Shown in pieces: positions 48,501 through 61,145 of a stretch of DNA of 64,000 bases. Numbering within the stretch: the stretch's first letter is position 1; each line of letters starts with the position of its first letter. Made by a program: the position numbers and the translations under genes. The notes under the pieces are model-generated. The model had not been told where the DNA came from, ran no database searches, and was given only the letters and a program-made list of their open reading frames with translations. Origin of the DNA: Balanoglossus misakiensis (taxonomy: Eukaryota > Animalia > Hemichordata); assembly GCA_040954595.2 (NCBI GenBank), contig CM082578.2, positions 16,290,998 through 16,354,997 of the forward strand, read 5' to 3'.

Positions 48501-50613
48501 GGCTGCAGTGCCAAGGACATTCAAGAGTTTATCCCTCTCATTAATCAAATTATTAGCAAATTTAAGGTGAGTGTGTAGGCATGTTTTATTCCAAATGTAC
48601 AATATGTCTTTCAAATTATCAGCAGTGTGATGTAACCACATTCATAAAAGTTTACGCTTTTTCTTCACAAAACCTCCAATGATGTGAAATCATTCAAGGA
48701 TCTGCAAATATGGTCTAACACTTGTCCCTTTTTCCACCTTTTGCAGAAATTAATCGTCCCCTTCTTACAAGAAGTGTTCATGCCGGTAGTGACGACCATT
48801 TTCGCAGTGTTGATGCAACCGGTGGACGCCAATGATACTCAAGCTGCAAAAGAGAAACAGACACTGCAAAGAAGTTACTTTCAGTTCCTACAGGCGCTTG
48901 TTGTCAATGACGTGGTGGAAGTCATTTCAAATCAGAGTGAGTATTATCCTGATGGAAAACCAAAACCCAAATGTTTGTTTTACTTTTGTCACCTTTTTGT
49001 GGTACATCTGTGTAACTAATTCATTTTATGGTTAATTTTCGATCACGCTGCATGGGGATACTGAAGATAGCAAAGTTGCTTGTTGATAGAACTTTTTCTC
49101 TTAGCATTCACACCTTACTCTTAACTCTCCAGGTCCTCAAGATGGCCACCGTGTTCTCTTGACGGTGATAGAGGGCGCTGTTAACTTTCCTGATCCTGTG
49201 GTGAGTGTGTGGAAATATCTTTGCTGAATTATCCATTAACATGGGTCAGCTAGTTTTAGTAAGATTGTTTCATTTCCACCGGAAACCAGCTGATTGCAGT
49301 CATGATGATATCATTTCCTAAATAGTAGAATATCAGTTTCTAATGATAACTCTAATTATCATAAATGTGCAGTATCGATGACTTGACGTGTCAGTGTAAG
49401 AAAAATTCTATTATCAATCAGACTGATACTGCTGTTGTTTTTGTCCAAAACGAGACAGCAGGTGGCCAGACATAACATTTAACACTATACATCATCTTGC
49501 ATGCTAAACACCACTTGTGTAATCCAGTACTCAATGGATGCCATGGTGATTCACGATTAACCTTTTTTATCTGAAGGACATGTAAATTAACAAATGGTGA
49601 GCAGCTGAACAAACTGACAGATGGCCTCCTAAAATGGAAGTTTTATGTTCAGAACAAGCTATTCACACGTTTGCCTATAGACGCAAGCACAGCAATATCT
49701 TCATGTACGTCATTCACTCTGTAAGTTATAAAATGACAACATCAATCAATCAGTTTCTGTTTCTGTTTCATTTCAGTCTCAGAAGACCTGCTTTGCAATT
49801 CTGCGAAAATTGGTTGAGGTATGGGGTAGCGAAGACGGACCTGCCGGTTTCCGAGAGTTCATTTATAAGAATATTATTCCCGCCTGCTTCCATGCACCAC
49901 TGAAATCCACGTTCGATATGAACGACGGCCAGACTTTTCTGGTGAGTGCATTTTGTCATAATGATCACATCATCTGGTGTTTCCCCCAGGCAGTTACTTT
50001 TTTGCACAGAAGCCCTTTCGATAACACCTGATTTATGAAAAAAAAATTTGGACTTTGATTTTTGCATTCTATCATTTTCCTTTCAGGCTCTGCAGGAAGA
50101 CAGTGCATTGCTGAAAACAATACTAGCCAAACAGGGTGCCAAAGCACACACATTTCTCCAACAGGAATATTTACCTTCTCTACATGTTTTGCCAGACCTT
50201 GCACAGGTTAGTGACTGTTATATATTTTTAATTCAGTGGAAATGACATGTTGATTTTGCTACAGGTAAGCTGTTCAAGCAGTGTTTGTGAAGAGCTGATG
50301 AACTGAATTCTCTGTCCTTTACTATTCAAGTCAACCTTTTTGATTGACTCATCCGTGTTTTTAATTTTGCAGGAATTCTGTCAAGCACTGGAGCAGACTG
50401 ACACAAAAGTTTTTAGAAATTATTTTAAGGCAAGTTGAGGTTAATGATCCGTGTTTACCATTAGAGCGACCATCCAGAGAAGGCGTGACTAAACAAAAAA
50501 GAAATTGCAACTTTAAGTGACATTTGAAAATCTACCTCCCCCCCCCCCCCAACTCAATGTTTACCAATGTGTGTTTTGTCTCACAGGCATTTCTGCAGAG
50601 GTTGAAGTCGTGA
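42507..50613 (+). CDS. XPOT: Exportin-T (tRNA exportin)
   Basis: About 21 exons from MDEQALTGL (42507-42566) through EKTFIRNKSAQLFSLVFVLDYPHKWPSFF, VDREIVHT, YVSWIDISLIAND, GEDEIMFMEYRKQLKVLFDNI, FLDERGLRN..VRSRTSYLF and VRQYLHRMIVCL to AFLQRLKS* (50587-50613). Motifs are recognisable as XPOT/Los1. Confidence 0.96.
42586..42624. repeat. (TTCA)n microsatellite, intronic
   Basis: Tandem ttca units. Confidence 0.85.
45377..45519 (+). ncRNA. SNORA68: Box H/ACA snoRNA, SNORA68-like copy 2 (XPOT intron)
   Basis: GTGCACAT...AATGTGCAT hairpin, H box AGAGTA, CTAGTCGCCTTTCAAGG...TCTTGAAAGTGAATCCTAG, then ACA. Same guide pocket as the RPL18A copy and sense to the host. Confidence 0.75.
45915..46056 (+). 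ncRNA. SNORA68: Box H/ACA snoRNA, SNORA68-like copy 3 (next XPOT intron)
   Basis: Near-identical duplicate of 45377-45519 with H box AGATTA and terminal ACA at 46051-46053. Confidence 0.75.
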
Positions 50614-53600
50614 CAGAAGTTTCCGGAATTCACGTGACCACAAGTGCAAATAGTCCAGACCAGGTATAATACAAGGTCCAAGAAAAAGCTTTTTAGTTAC
50701 AATTACAAAGTGGAGGTCTATTATTTTTGTGGCATTCAGTTGTAGCTGTATATGCCAGGATATCTGACCTAACATCTCTCCTCCTAACTTTCCTTGATTG
50801 AGGAGGAAGCAGTCATTATCGTAGAAAATGGTTTATAACCCCAAACAAGAGGAAATTGAGGCAGGGAGTTTGGTCAGCCACTATTTGTATCACTGAATGT
50901 TTTGTGTAAATTTCTATAAAGGTGTAATGTACAAATGATATATATATTTTTTTTCGTCAAGTACTGAAATTTAAATTTCTTCATAGGTGAGAGCCGCTTT
51001 CATTATGTCATTTTTACAGTGATAGGCCCAGTACTGGTCTGCTTAGTTAGACGGTAGGATTGAATGGAAAAATTCAATGAAAATTTTTGAAATAATCACC
51101 TGTGGCATTATAGCGTTGAAAGGTGACCAGACTACTGAATCTTGAGGCCTCTTCTACTGTGTTTTTAACTTCCTTGAAATATTCTCACAGTTGGAACTGT
51201 TTTTAAGCCCAGTTTGTCCCGGTCAACCAAAGCTGCGTATCAGAATTCTGAAACCTTTTTTCATACTTTTTTTGGTCAAAATGGAATTTACTATATGACC
51301 TCATTTCAAGAAAAGTAGTGAGGTATGAACTCCAATCACGACTGTAATTGAGAAACAACTTGCAGTCTAGTTTTACTGAAAACATGCAAATGTCAGCAAA
51401 TGATAAAAGAATCAATTTACTCATTTCATGGTATGTTTTACTTTAAATTACCAGTTTATTAAATTTTAATCTGAAAATTTACATAGTAAAGTATGGAAAG
51501 GCAATTAACTACTTTCTAAAAACTTTCTTTGGAAACAAAAGATGACCATTCAAAAGTCTTCTGAAGATTTTTAATATTTATTTTGACCAAAATTCAATTT
51601 GAAAGACATGTTTGTTACTGTGTCAGTGCTGTCTATGATTAGGCGTGCTGCCATTATTCATTTTCACCATCCATTGAAATGGACAATATAAAGGCATTAA
51701 TACATGATTTTTTCCCTCAAATTTGTACTGATAAAACTTGCAAGTGCAGGACATTTTGTTTTGTGCAATACCGAAACTAACGTAGATCCCAGCCATTAAT
51801 TATGTTATATCCACACTGATTAACTAGGACACTAAAATATCCTCAGTATAATTGGTGCAATTACAGAGCTCTGTGACAACATACAGTATGAATCCCCATT
51901 TTGTTTTGCAATACAATCCAGTATGGAATAGCAATGAGTCATTTTTCACACACACAGTCATCTCTTTCAAAGTTGGTACTGATAAAAACTAATACTACCT
52001 TAATTTTTTTGTGTATTTGATTAAAATATGATCCCATGTGGTCCCAACACAGACACTTTTTATTCAAGGCTCGGGTGCTCATAAAGGATTAATGGCCTGG
52101 TGTTCTATGTATGCATATTCATGACCACCGAGGTCAATAATCAGCTGGGCATAGATAGAATGGGAATTCCCCAGCGCAGGGGATTCCCCTGATATCTTCT
52201 ATATACGCAGTGTGCAAAATAACTGATTATGCTTTACTCAAAGCGAAGTTTCGAGCGAATGTTGCAGTTTTGGCTTTATGGAGCAAACGCACCAAAAAAG
52301 AAAACGTTCTTGGGCTCAGAGGTAAGCTTTCTTGTTGAAATATGTGTCTCACATGGTCATTGTGATGGCACCAATCGAATCACTACGTATTGCAAATGGC
52401 ATCTACCGTTTGAGGGCACTGTTGCAGGGTCAACACACACCCACGCAGTTTGTCTGCCAGGCTAAATATGGCTATGTCTCTTGAAAAAAAGACAAAAAAT
52501 GTGAACACTGAATGATAAAACTGCCAAAATATCGTCTATGGAAGCCCCATTAAACATATTTAAAAGTGGTAAGATTACTACTAGTATATGTGCATAGATG
52601 TACCATATGCGTTGAATGCCACTGCTTGGTATTGGTAAACGACTGTTGTATTGGATATCCAGCGGGATAATACCTGTCAAAACTAGTTTTTACATGTAAT
52701 GACAGGTTTTAAAACTGCGCTCCACCAAGTACATACTGCGTCAAACTCTGGCGCATATTCTGTGGCTTGCAATGTATTGCATTTTATCACGATGCAATAC
52801 ATTAACTGCCTCGTGAAACACTGGCAGACATTCTTATGTAACGAGGGCGGCCCGAATTCCTCAAACCGTAATCGTATATAACTTGGTAACCTTCAGTAAC
52901 GATATCTTCATGTATGATACATGTATTTCACCACTATGCAAGACCCATGCACGGAATGCGTATAGTAACTGTATCACTATGTCACCATGTCAAGGTTAAA
53001 TAAAGCTGTGACGCATTTCGGATGAGCATCTTCAATGCTTACAAAAATATCGTGTTTTCACGGAGCCAAATTAAACACACATATATTTAGGAATATATAT
53101 TACTAGAACTATCTACTGATGAAAGATTTTCAGCAGTGCCGATGTTTTCTAAACCTCTTCGAGAACCACAATTTGATGTCTTCCATTAGCCCACATTGCA
53201 TTTGTTGTGTCGGTATGACCGGTGTGTGATAAGTTTGCATCACACACAGTCCATCACACGTACACAGTTAGAATTAAAAGTTGTGCCCCCATAGCATGCT
53301 GTCAAATATTGCCATCTGGACAGCCTATACATGTATATGCAAATGTACGTAAAGCCAAGGAATGCATAGTTCTGATCATCGCCACCTGCCGTGGTCGAGT
53401 CAACGACCCAAGCGAGCGGATGATGGGCGGGATGATGGGTTCCGATAACCAATGCCCCAAGTCTACCTGTCGACCACATACATTTAGGGCCAAACAAATT
53501 GGACAGTCAATTGCAATTCACCAGAGAATGGTAGCATTTTAGGATTACCCACGTATCGTAAATGCATATGGAGAAATACAATCGGAAAAGCCGCGGCAAT

Positions 53601-55766
53601 GGACTGTATCATTCAAATATATCCCAGAGTCTCCGGTGACAATGCGGACTAACGATCTGGGAGAAAGCCTTCCTTTGACAGGAAATGGCTGGCGTTTTTC
53701 CTGCTGCAACTGTGGTATGTGAGGGCTAATTTTGTAGACTGGAAATTGCCAAATAGTCGATTACAGGCACTTGCTTCGCTATCATCCTGTCTGCAGGAAC
53801 CGTTGTCCCTTCTTCTCTTGTGAATTCACAGATTATTTTAAGATTCACAACCTCTCATCACCCAAAATTATATATGAGGGAAAAGTTTGACTTGTTTCGG
53901 TGCAAAATACAAGCCTTATTGTGTGTGGGTGTTATCGTTTCAGCAATGCGCTACTCCGGTTTTCAATCTTATACTCTGGGATTTCTAGACTCAAGTTACT
54001 CCGAGTCGGCTGGAGGATTTCCTACCATCTTGTTACATAAAGATATACGTTTACCGCAGAAAAAAGGAAAGTTTCCATTTAGTGTTCAGGAATAGATCCA
54101 GAAATATAGGACAAAGTCTAAGGTATCTTAATACAGATATGTTGAAACACATGATGTACAACTTTGTATATAATTATGTAAATGTTTGTATTGGATATTT
54201 TATAGCAGTTCGATACTTAGTTGGCCTATACCTTTGCAGTTCAAGTTCCGCCTGTGGGAAGATAAAAGTCTAACAAAAAGTGGTTAACCAAGATTAGCCA
54301 ATAGTCGTCCTTTAAATCATAAAGTTGTTGCGTTCTCACTACTTTTATTTTTACCGAGTGGAAGTCGCGTAATACAGAATGTGCTGATCGTGTGATCGTG
54401 ACACCAGGTCACGTGTATATGTGTTGTTTCTTGGTCCGTCACGGACAAAAACGTGGATCTGACACATGCGCACACTCTGTATATATACATTTGTATTTCA
54501 TACACAGATATTTTCTCCTGGAAAGTTGACAATCTGACATGATTTTTTGTAAACACGTGACGTGTATTTGGTAACCTTTGGTCAGTTTCTGGCCTCAAAA
54601 GTGACATTCACGAGGGTATGACAATACTGTCACGTGGCAGCCGAAGGATTACTATTTCAAAACATCGCATCATGTGTATAAGCTTATTGCCGTTCCTCAG
54701 TGTAACACCACGAGTTTTCGCAACTGAAAAATTGTCTCGGTTGCATGTAGAAATGAGAATGTGCCGAAGGTTTAGGCCCCCTACAAAGTTCAAATCCTCT
54801 GCGACTTTCTGCAGTGGTTATACGACCAGTAGGGATTTGAGAGCACATTTTATGAGCCTATTTTTAAGTGAACTGTGCCACCATTGTATGCTAAATTTAC
54901 CTTGATCAGTATCACATGACAGAAAATTAGATGCGTTGCAGGCCTACTACATGTACACACACTAATATCTTCCATGCTGTCGACTCAAGAATCCCATGGA
55001 TGCAGAGGTGCTGATGAATTTAAGTGTAGGTGCGCTCTAACCTAACGCCCGAAGGAAATAGTAAGTGTCGTCTCTTCCTTGTTACATGTCACTGTCAGCT
55101 GTAACGTTGCGCGAAAGAGCAGGTCGCAACCACCTTTTCCCGATTCTATGCTTTGTACAAAGTAAGCATCTCCGAAGACGAGTTGTTTTATCGAGTTGTT
55201 TTTTCTTCTGCCTATAAATTCTGAAACACTTGGCACCTGAACCTCGTTCGCAAAATACCAAGTATGTATAAAGAGACGGTAGTTGCGATACAGGTCGATA
55301 GAGGGCAATGTTTTCACTTGTACGGAGACATTCGACACTGATTAGGTTTCCTGTTAATAAAGCAACTCATACGTCATCATCTGCGTGTACTGGGGAAAGT
55401 ACCGCAAAGATTATTGTCGGGGAAATCCCATTGGTGCATATAGCATGAGACCTGAGCAGATTGTTCGCTAATACTAGTAATAGCAGAAGTCTTCTATTCA
55501 TAAACCTTCCTCGTCTTTTCTGGTGTGTGTTGTGGTATCCACTTATTTACACCTTATGATAGGCCTAACCTGATCATAGATTCAGTCAGATCGCAAGCAA
55601 GCAAGTAACAATCTCATTTCTGTTTCACGTGCAAAGCACAGTACGTGTATTGATCTTTTAGTAGCAGAGCAGCGCCATCATACGTGTATACCTGGAAACA
55701 CATTATGTTTGACGCCAAAATAACCCATGATCGGGGCACCGAAAGCTGTATGTGGGGTGATAGTTA

Positions 55767-55802
55767 CAGAGTCCCTCCGTCCACGTGTATGGAGGGGCTC
55801 TG
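55767..55802. repeat. Short palindromic element (possible MITE remnant)
   Basis: CAGAGTCCCTCC ... GGAGGGGCTCTG imperfect inverted repeat. Confidence 0.4.
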
Positions 55803-56396
55803 ATAATGATTACTAAACGATTATGTGATGGGAATCTATGTTAATCTTTATTCTATTTCTGTCCTGCAGTACCTCATACAAACTATTAGTTATAGGGAAA
55901 TCCCATGATTTCGAACAGTTTCACTTCAAATTTGTCCATAATATGCAACAGCACTTCACGGAGTAGGTTACTGCTGCTACATACGCATTTGCTCTGCAAG
56001 GTTGTGCCGTCTCAAAACAACACACAATATAGGAAAGTCCGAGATCGGCTGAAAATTCAGTGTCCATGTTGTTGACGATCGGGGGTAGCATCACGGACGA
56101 TCTTCAATGGCTGGATTTACAAGGTAGGGATGCAGCATACAGCAGTTTGTAGAGACTACTTTGTTTAGTCAACGTCCTTTTACTCATACTTTTCTTCATG
56201 TGTTGACGACACTGCAAGCGAATTCGCGGTTCTCTGTTCTGGGGAACGGAAAACAATGTTTTGAATTTAATATAAGTTTATTGCAAATAATCGGTGACAT
56301 GCGAAACTGGTATATATTGTATACTTTTCAGTTTTGCACCCGTGTTCACGTCGTGTAGTTCCGTGTTTCAGGGGTAATCTGTGCCGTTGTAATGAT

Positions 56397-56432
56397 TTGT
56401 GTTGTTGTTGTTGTTGTTGATGACGACGACGG

Positions 56433-56490
<58 letters not shown>

Positions 56491-56530
56491 CATGATCATG
56501 ATGATGATCATGCTCATGATGATCATGATG
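56397..56530. repeat. Compound (TTG)n/(GAT)n microsatellite
   Basis: Direct reading. Confidence 0.93.
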
Positions 56531-59474
56531 GCAACTAGTCTCAGTCTCATTTTATTGTAAACTGGTAAAGCGTTGTGAGAAGGATACGCTATAGTCGATT
56601 AGGGACCCGCGAGGGGGCGCTCATCGATCCGGCACGAATAAGTGTTGGTCAGAGACAGATGTTTGCAAAAAAATCGCGATATCGTGTGGCCAAAGTTTGC
56701 TCATATAGTACCAGTCTGTCTAACGCCAAGCCAACCCATAACAACCGCCTGCATATTAAGAAGTCTTTAATTCACAAAGATAATGTTTGAAGTGACGTCA
56801 GCAAAGTAATCTGTGCACTTACATCACAAAGTTGAACATTCAGGTGAGCTGTACTGTGTAATCTGCAATAAGTATAAATGAAAAAGCTGAAGTCTCTGAT
56901 AGAAATGAAAACGAAAATGCACTGCAGCACAATGGTCGTGTCATTCGATTCCGTTCACGTCAACCTGGGATATTGGACTCTGATCAGAATCCATCATGTT
57001 GAACTGAACCTGCATTCTTATATGCTCTATTGTTTCTGTTGACCTTTGTCATGAATTGTAGTAGGTAAGCAAAGAGTCAGCTATACATAACATAATGCTG
57101 TCAGTATATTTGTGTCATTTTAGTTGTGTATACCGGTATATGGCATATGTCATTTCAATCTGATTAACCGTCGTTAGCTGTCGAAGATTGGTTCCTCCTT
57201 TCGCCGTGTTCCTTATACTCTTATTGTGCCAGACCCGCCTCTCTCATCTGCACGGAGAGGAGAGAACAACAGAAATGAATGATGTTATTAGAATTGACTT
57301 GAACAAGCACTTATTTTGAGATAGCTAAATAGAATATAGCGAGTTCATCCAACTTGAAATGTGATCAGAAGGTCGGTCGGTCACTTGAATTATTAGTGGC
57401 ATCGTAATTGTAGTTACTGAAGCGCTTGACGACTACAGTATACCACCGATAGTGGTTCATGCTTGCAATAGTCGGGAAAAAACACACGTGTAAATTATAA
57501 AGACGTAGATTCTGTATGACTTTAAATTTTCTAAAACTGTTTTGAAATAAATCACTATAAAACTATAAATGCATGAAATCTATAAATATATGAGTGTAAA
57601 GTTACGGTCTATACGTATACCAGACCGCACCTAAATTCCTGAATTCTTTTGCGCTGAGATAATTTCAAGTACTAAGAGTCCTATGCGAAGAGAATTCTTG
57701 TGCTGGTAATTTCTTGCCATTTTGGACCCTGTATTCCTGTATTGGTGAGTCCCATCGATTTCTGTATCCTACATTAATCAGATCATTGATTTAATCACTT
57801 GGATAACAGGTGAGAAGAATAAGACAAACTAAGCTCCCAACACACATACGGGAAGTCATAAAAGTAATTTAAAACATTTTGTAATAATGGCTCCTGCAAG
57901 GGTGGCATCTGATGCATGTTGCCCTCCGATACAAGTCTTTAGGTTACATACATGTACATACCATTCTGACTAAAATCGTGTGCAGAGATAGGTGGCGTCT
58001 TTACCTTTCCTTCGACTGCTGTTGGCGTTCTGTTGCTGTTATTGGTGGTGGGTGACGACTGGTTGTTCTCGCGAGTACAGTATCGTTTAATAAATGTGAA
58101 AAAGAACGTCACCAGCACATGTACAGGTCCTATAATTTGGGGGAGGGAGGAAAGGAGGGGGACAATCCCCCCGGAGACCCGTTCGTTGAAAGCTGTCTGC
58201 CCTGCAAATATTGATGGTAGGTGGAAGACAGTTTACATCCAGAAACACGATGTCGTTGACAGCGGAAATGAGATGTTACGTAACGACGACAAGACAGGTT
58301 TATAACCTTGAAAAGAAATGTTTACTAAAGAGGTCACGATTTAAGGAGGATATAGGGTCGAATATTAGGCCACTAACCGCGCATTTCCGGGTAAAGAGCC
58401 TATAGTCGGAGGATATTCCATCGGAATACGTTGTGGTCAAAGTCTTGGCAAATATTGGAATTGCGGTGACAACTGAAAGTCAGTACATGTATATACTTTA
58501 TCGACATGATTAATCATTTTGGATGAAATGTTCGAGGTACATGAGGTAAGAGCGCTCTCAAAAAGTGGGTGGGCGTTGAGATACTTTTTGCGTTTGTGTG
58601 GATCTGTATATAAACAAAAACAACCCCGAGATCGCGTCTTGGTGGCGGTGTTGGTTGGTCTGCGTCCATGGCAATGGATTTGTTACCTGTGCTGTATTTT
58701 GTGGGTTTTTGGTGTTATTGATAGAAAACCGGGCAGACTAACAATAATGCCACAGTTGGACAAGGAAGTAAACAGACATGTGTGTACTTCACATTATGGC
58801 CTCAAAAGGCTACCCCCATCCCCACTTCCTTATACTCGGTACGTCGTCACCGTGCTGTGCTTGATTCAGTCATAATACAATATTTTAAAAATACTAGTAC
58901 ACATGAAAACGATAAAATAACAAAGAGTTTTCGCGTTTACAACAACCATTCAATATGCTTGCATGTGATTTTTGTGTTCTCCTAGTTGGTGGTTTTACAC
59001 GGCCATGGACAACAACCGGACCCAAAGAACCGGGATGTCAGGTCAAACTGTTCCGAGTCCGGATTTACGGCAGGGCACATAGAGTTTCATTTAATAAAAG
59101 AGCGCCTATACAGATGTGTGAAACACAATTCATGGGTTTGTTTTTAAGACATCTGGATCTTCCAGTTTATTCGATTGGCGCGATTGCGTTGAAGTGTATA
59201 AATTGAGGTCGGGACCCTATAGGCCTACACTTGTCAAATCGGACATGTGCTCCGGTGCAGTGATCGATGTCGCAATTCGTTTGTAATACCCACGCAATTT
59301 GTACATGTGGCATTTTCGCCACATCTGACACCGGCTCGTGTATATGTCATCGAACTTTTCGTTGTTCGTGGAAGTTAGAACTAAATTGTCGTTACCATGT
59401 TTTACATGAGGTAGGTAAGGTAATGACTATGTTGTGATTCCTGGTTATTTTGATAATTTGGAAGAGGGTTGTGA

Positions 59475-59682
<208 letters not shown>

Positions 59683-60802
59683 CTTTGCACTTAAAAGGGC
59701 GATGATTAAACAGTTTGTACAATTGCAGCAACCAGCAGAATGAGCACTGAGTCATAAATGAACACAAAAGCAGAAATATATTCATGACCGGTCTCATTTC
59801 ATCACAACAGACAGAACGATAAAAACCTGAAGTTACCTGTTTGGTAAGTAACTAGCCTAGGCCTATATCAATTTGGTTAAGATTAATGAAACAGACTTGT
59901 CTCAATGGCGAGTGCGACCGGTGTGGAAGACTTCTTAGAAACAGGTGTAAACAAACAATAGGCCTGCTTCTAATAGAGTTACAGTAGGCCCCCTACACTT
60001 CGTTCAAATGGATATCGACACTATCACGGGGAAATGGACTAATAATTTTGTGTCGATGTATGTTTGTAGGTGGGTAGGTAGGCCTGTCTGTGTTCCATTC
60101 ACCAAGGATTTTGGCCAGTGTAGGATTCTTGAATTCTGAGCCGGTTTGCAAACGTTATAATACAGCTAAGGACTATGTCCTATCAGGCGTCGATTTGGTA
60201 CGATAAACCAAAATTAGAAGCCTACTTTTTAGCGTTACGGGATAGCCAATCCAGGTATCTTCAGCCTAAGTGGTGAAAGGAAGAGCGAGCATGAAAACTC
60301 ATAAATAATGACAGCTTTTTTCCTCTCTTCAACAACCCTCTTCTGTTTGAGTTACTCATTTTACCCATAGACGCTAATGAATCGAATTTTCCATTCGGTG
60401 AACGATCGTGATTGTAAGCATGACTTGAACAAATGCCGGGTGCGGTGATACCGCGTGACTGTCTGTGATGACTCACCCTGATCTCGTATGGACCTGGTAC
60501 ATCGCTCGCATGCATCATGGTTTTCTGGAATGGAAAATGTCTCCGCTCCGATAACTTCGAAGCCCCGGGATTCCACACATTAGCCCCTCTCTCGCAGAAT
60601 GCATATATTGTTTCCGATCGATCTTTGTGGACGTTCGAACGTTGCAATCGCACAAGGCGGACGATACTACATGTACATGTATGCGCTGCTTGAGTCGACT
60701 AGTGACGTCATGTTTTGGTTGCGGTTGGGGATTCCCCCTTCGTTCGCGCATGTGTAATGCCAACTGGGCAACCACGCACACACCAGCCTATAACCTGTTG
60801 CC

Positions 60803-60880
60803 TAGTCTCGGTTACCCAGACCCCTCTGCTTTTCCGTGGGGCCAACGGAAGAAGCAGAGAGGTCTGGGTAACCGAGACTG
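60803..60880. mobile_element. Palindromic MITE with 9-bp TSD
   Basis: AGTCTCGGTTACCCAGACC...GGTCTGGGTAACCGAGACT fold-back, flanked by direct repeat CCTGTTGCC (60794-60802, 60881-60889). Confidence 0.8.
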
Positions 60881-60993
60881 CCTGTTGCCATGATATCCAT
60901 GTACATCCACATGTACAATGATACCGTTTGCGTGTCTGAGTCTACATGGTCTACGCAAGGACGCGGTTAAATGTATAACTGCTGATCCCGATA

Positions 60994-61145
60994 TAGACTC
61001 TCTCACAGCCCCTCTCGTCGTCCATGCAGGCTTATGGACTGAATGTGTGCCCGCCGAGAAGGTTAGCTACACAACACCAGACGGTGCTTCTCCCTTGCCA
61101 AACGGTTGAGGGAGCATAGCGAACCGTGGGCTGTGAGAGAGTCTA
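60994..61145. mobile_element. MITE with 18-bp TIRs and near-perfect 9-bp TSD
   Basis: TAGACTCTCTCACAGCCC ... GGGCTGTGAGAGAGTCTA; flanks ATCCCGATA / AACCCGATA. Confidence 0.75.
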
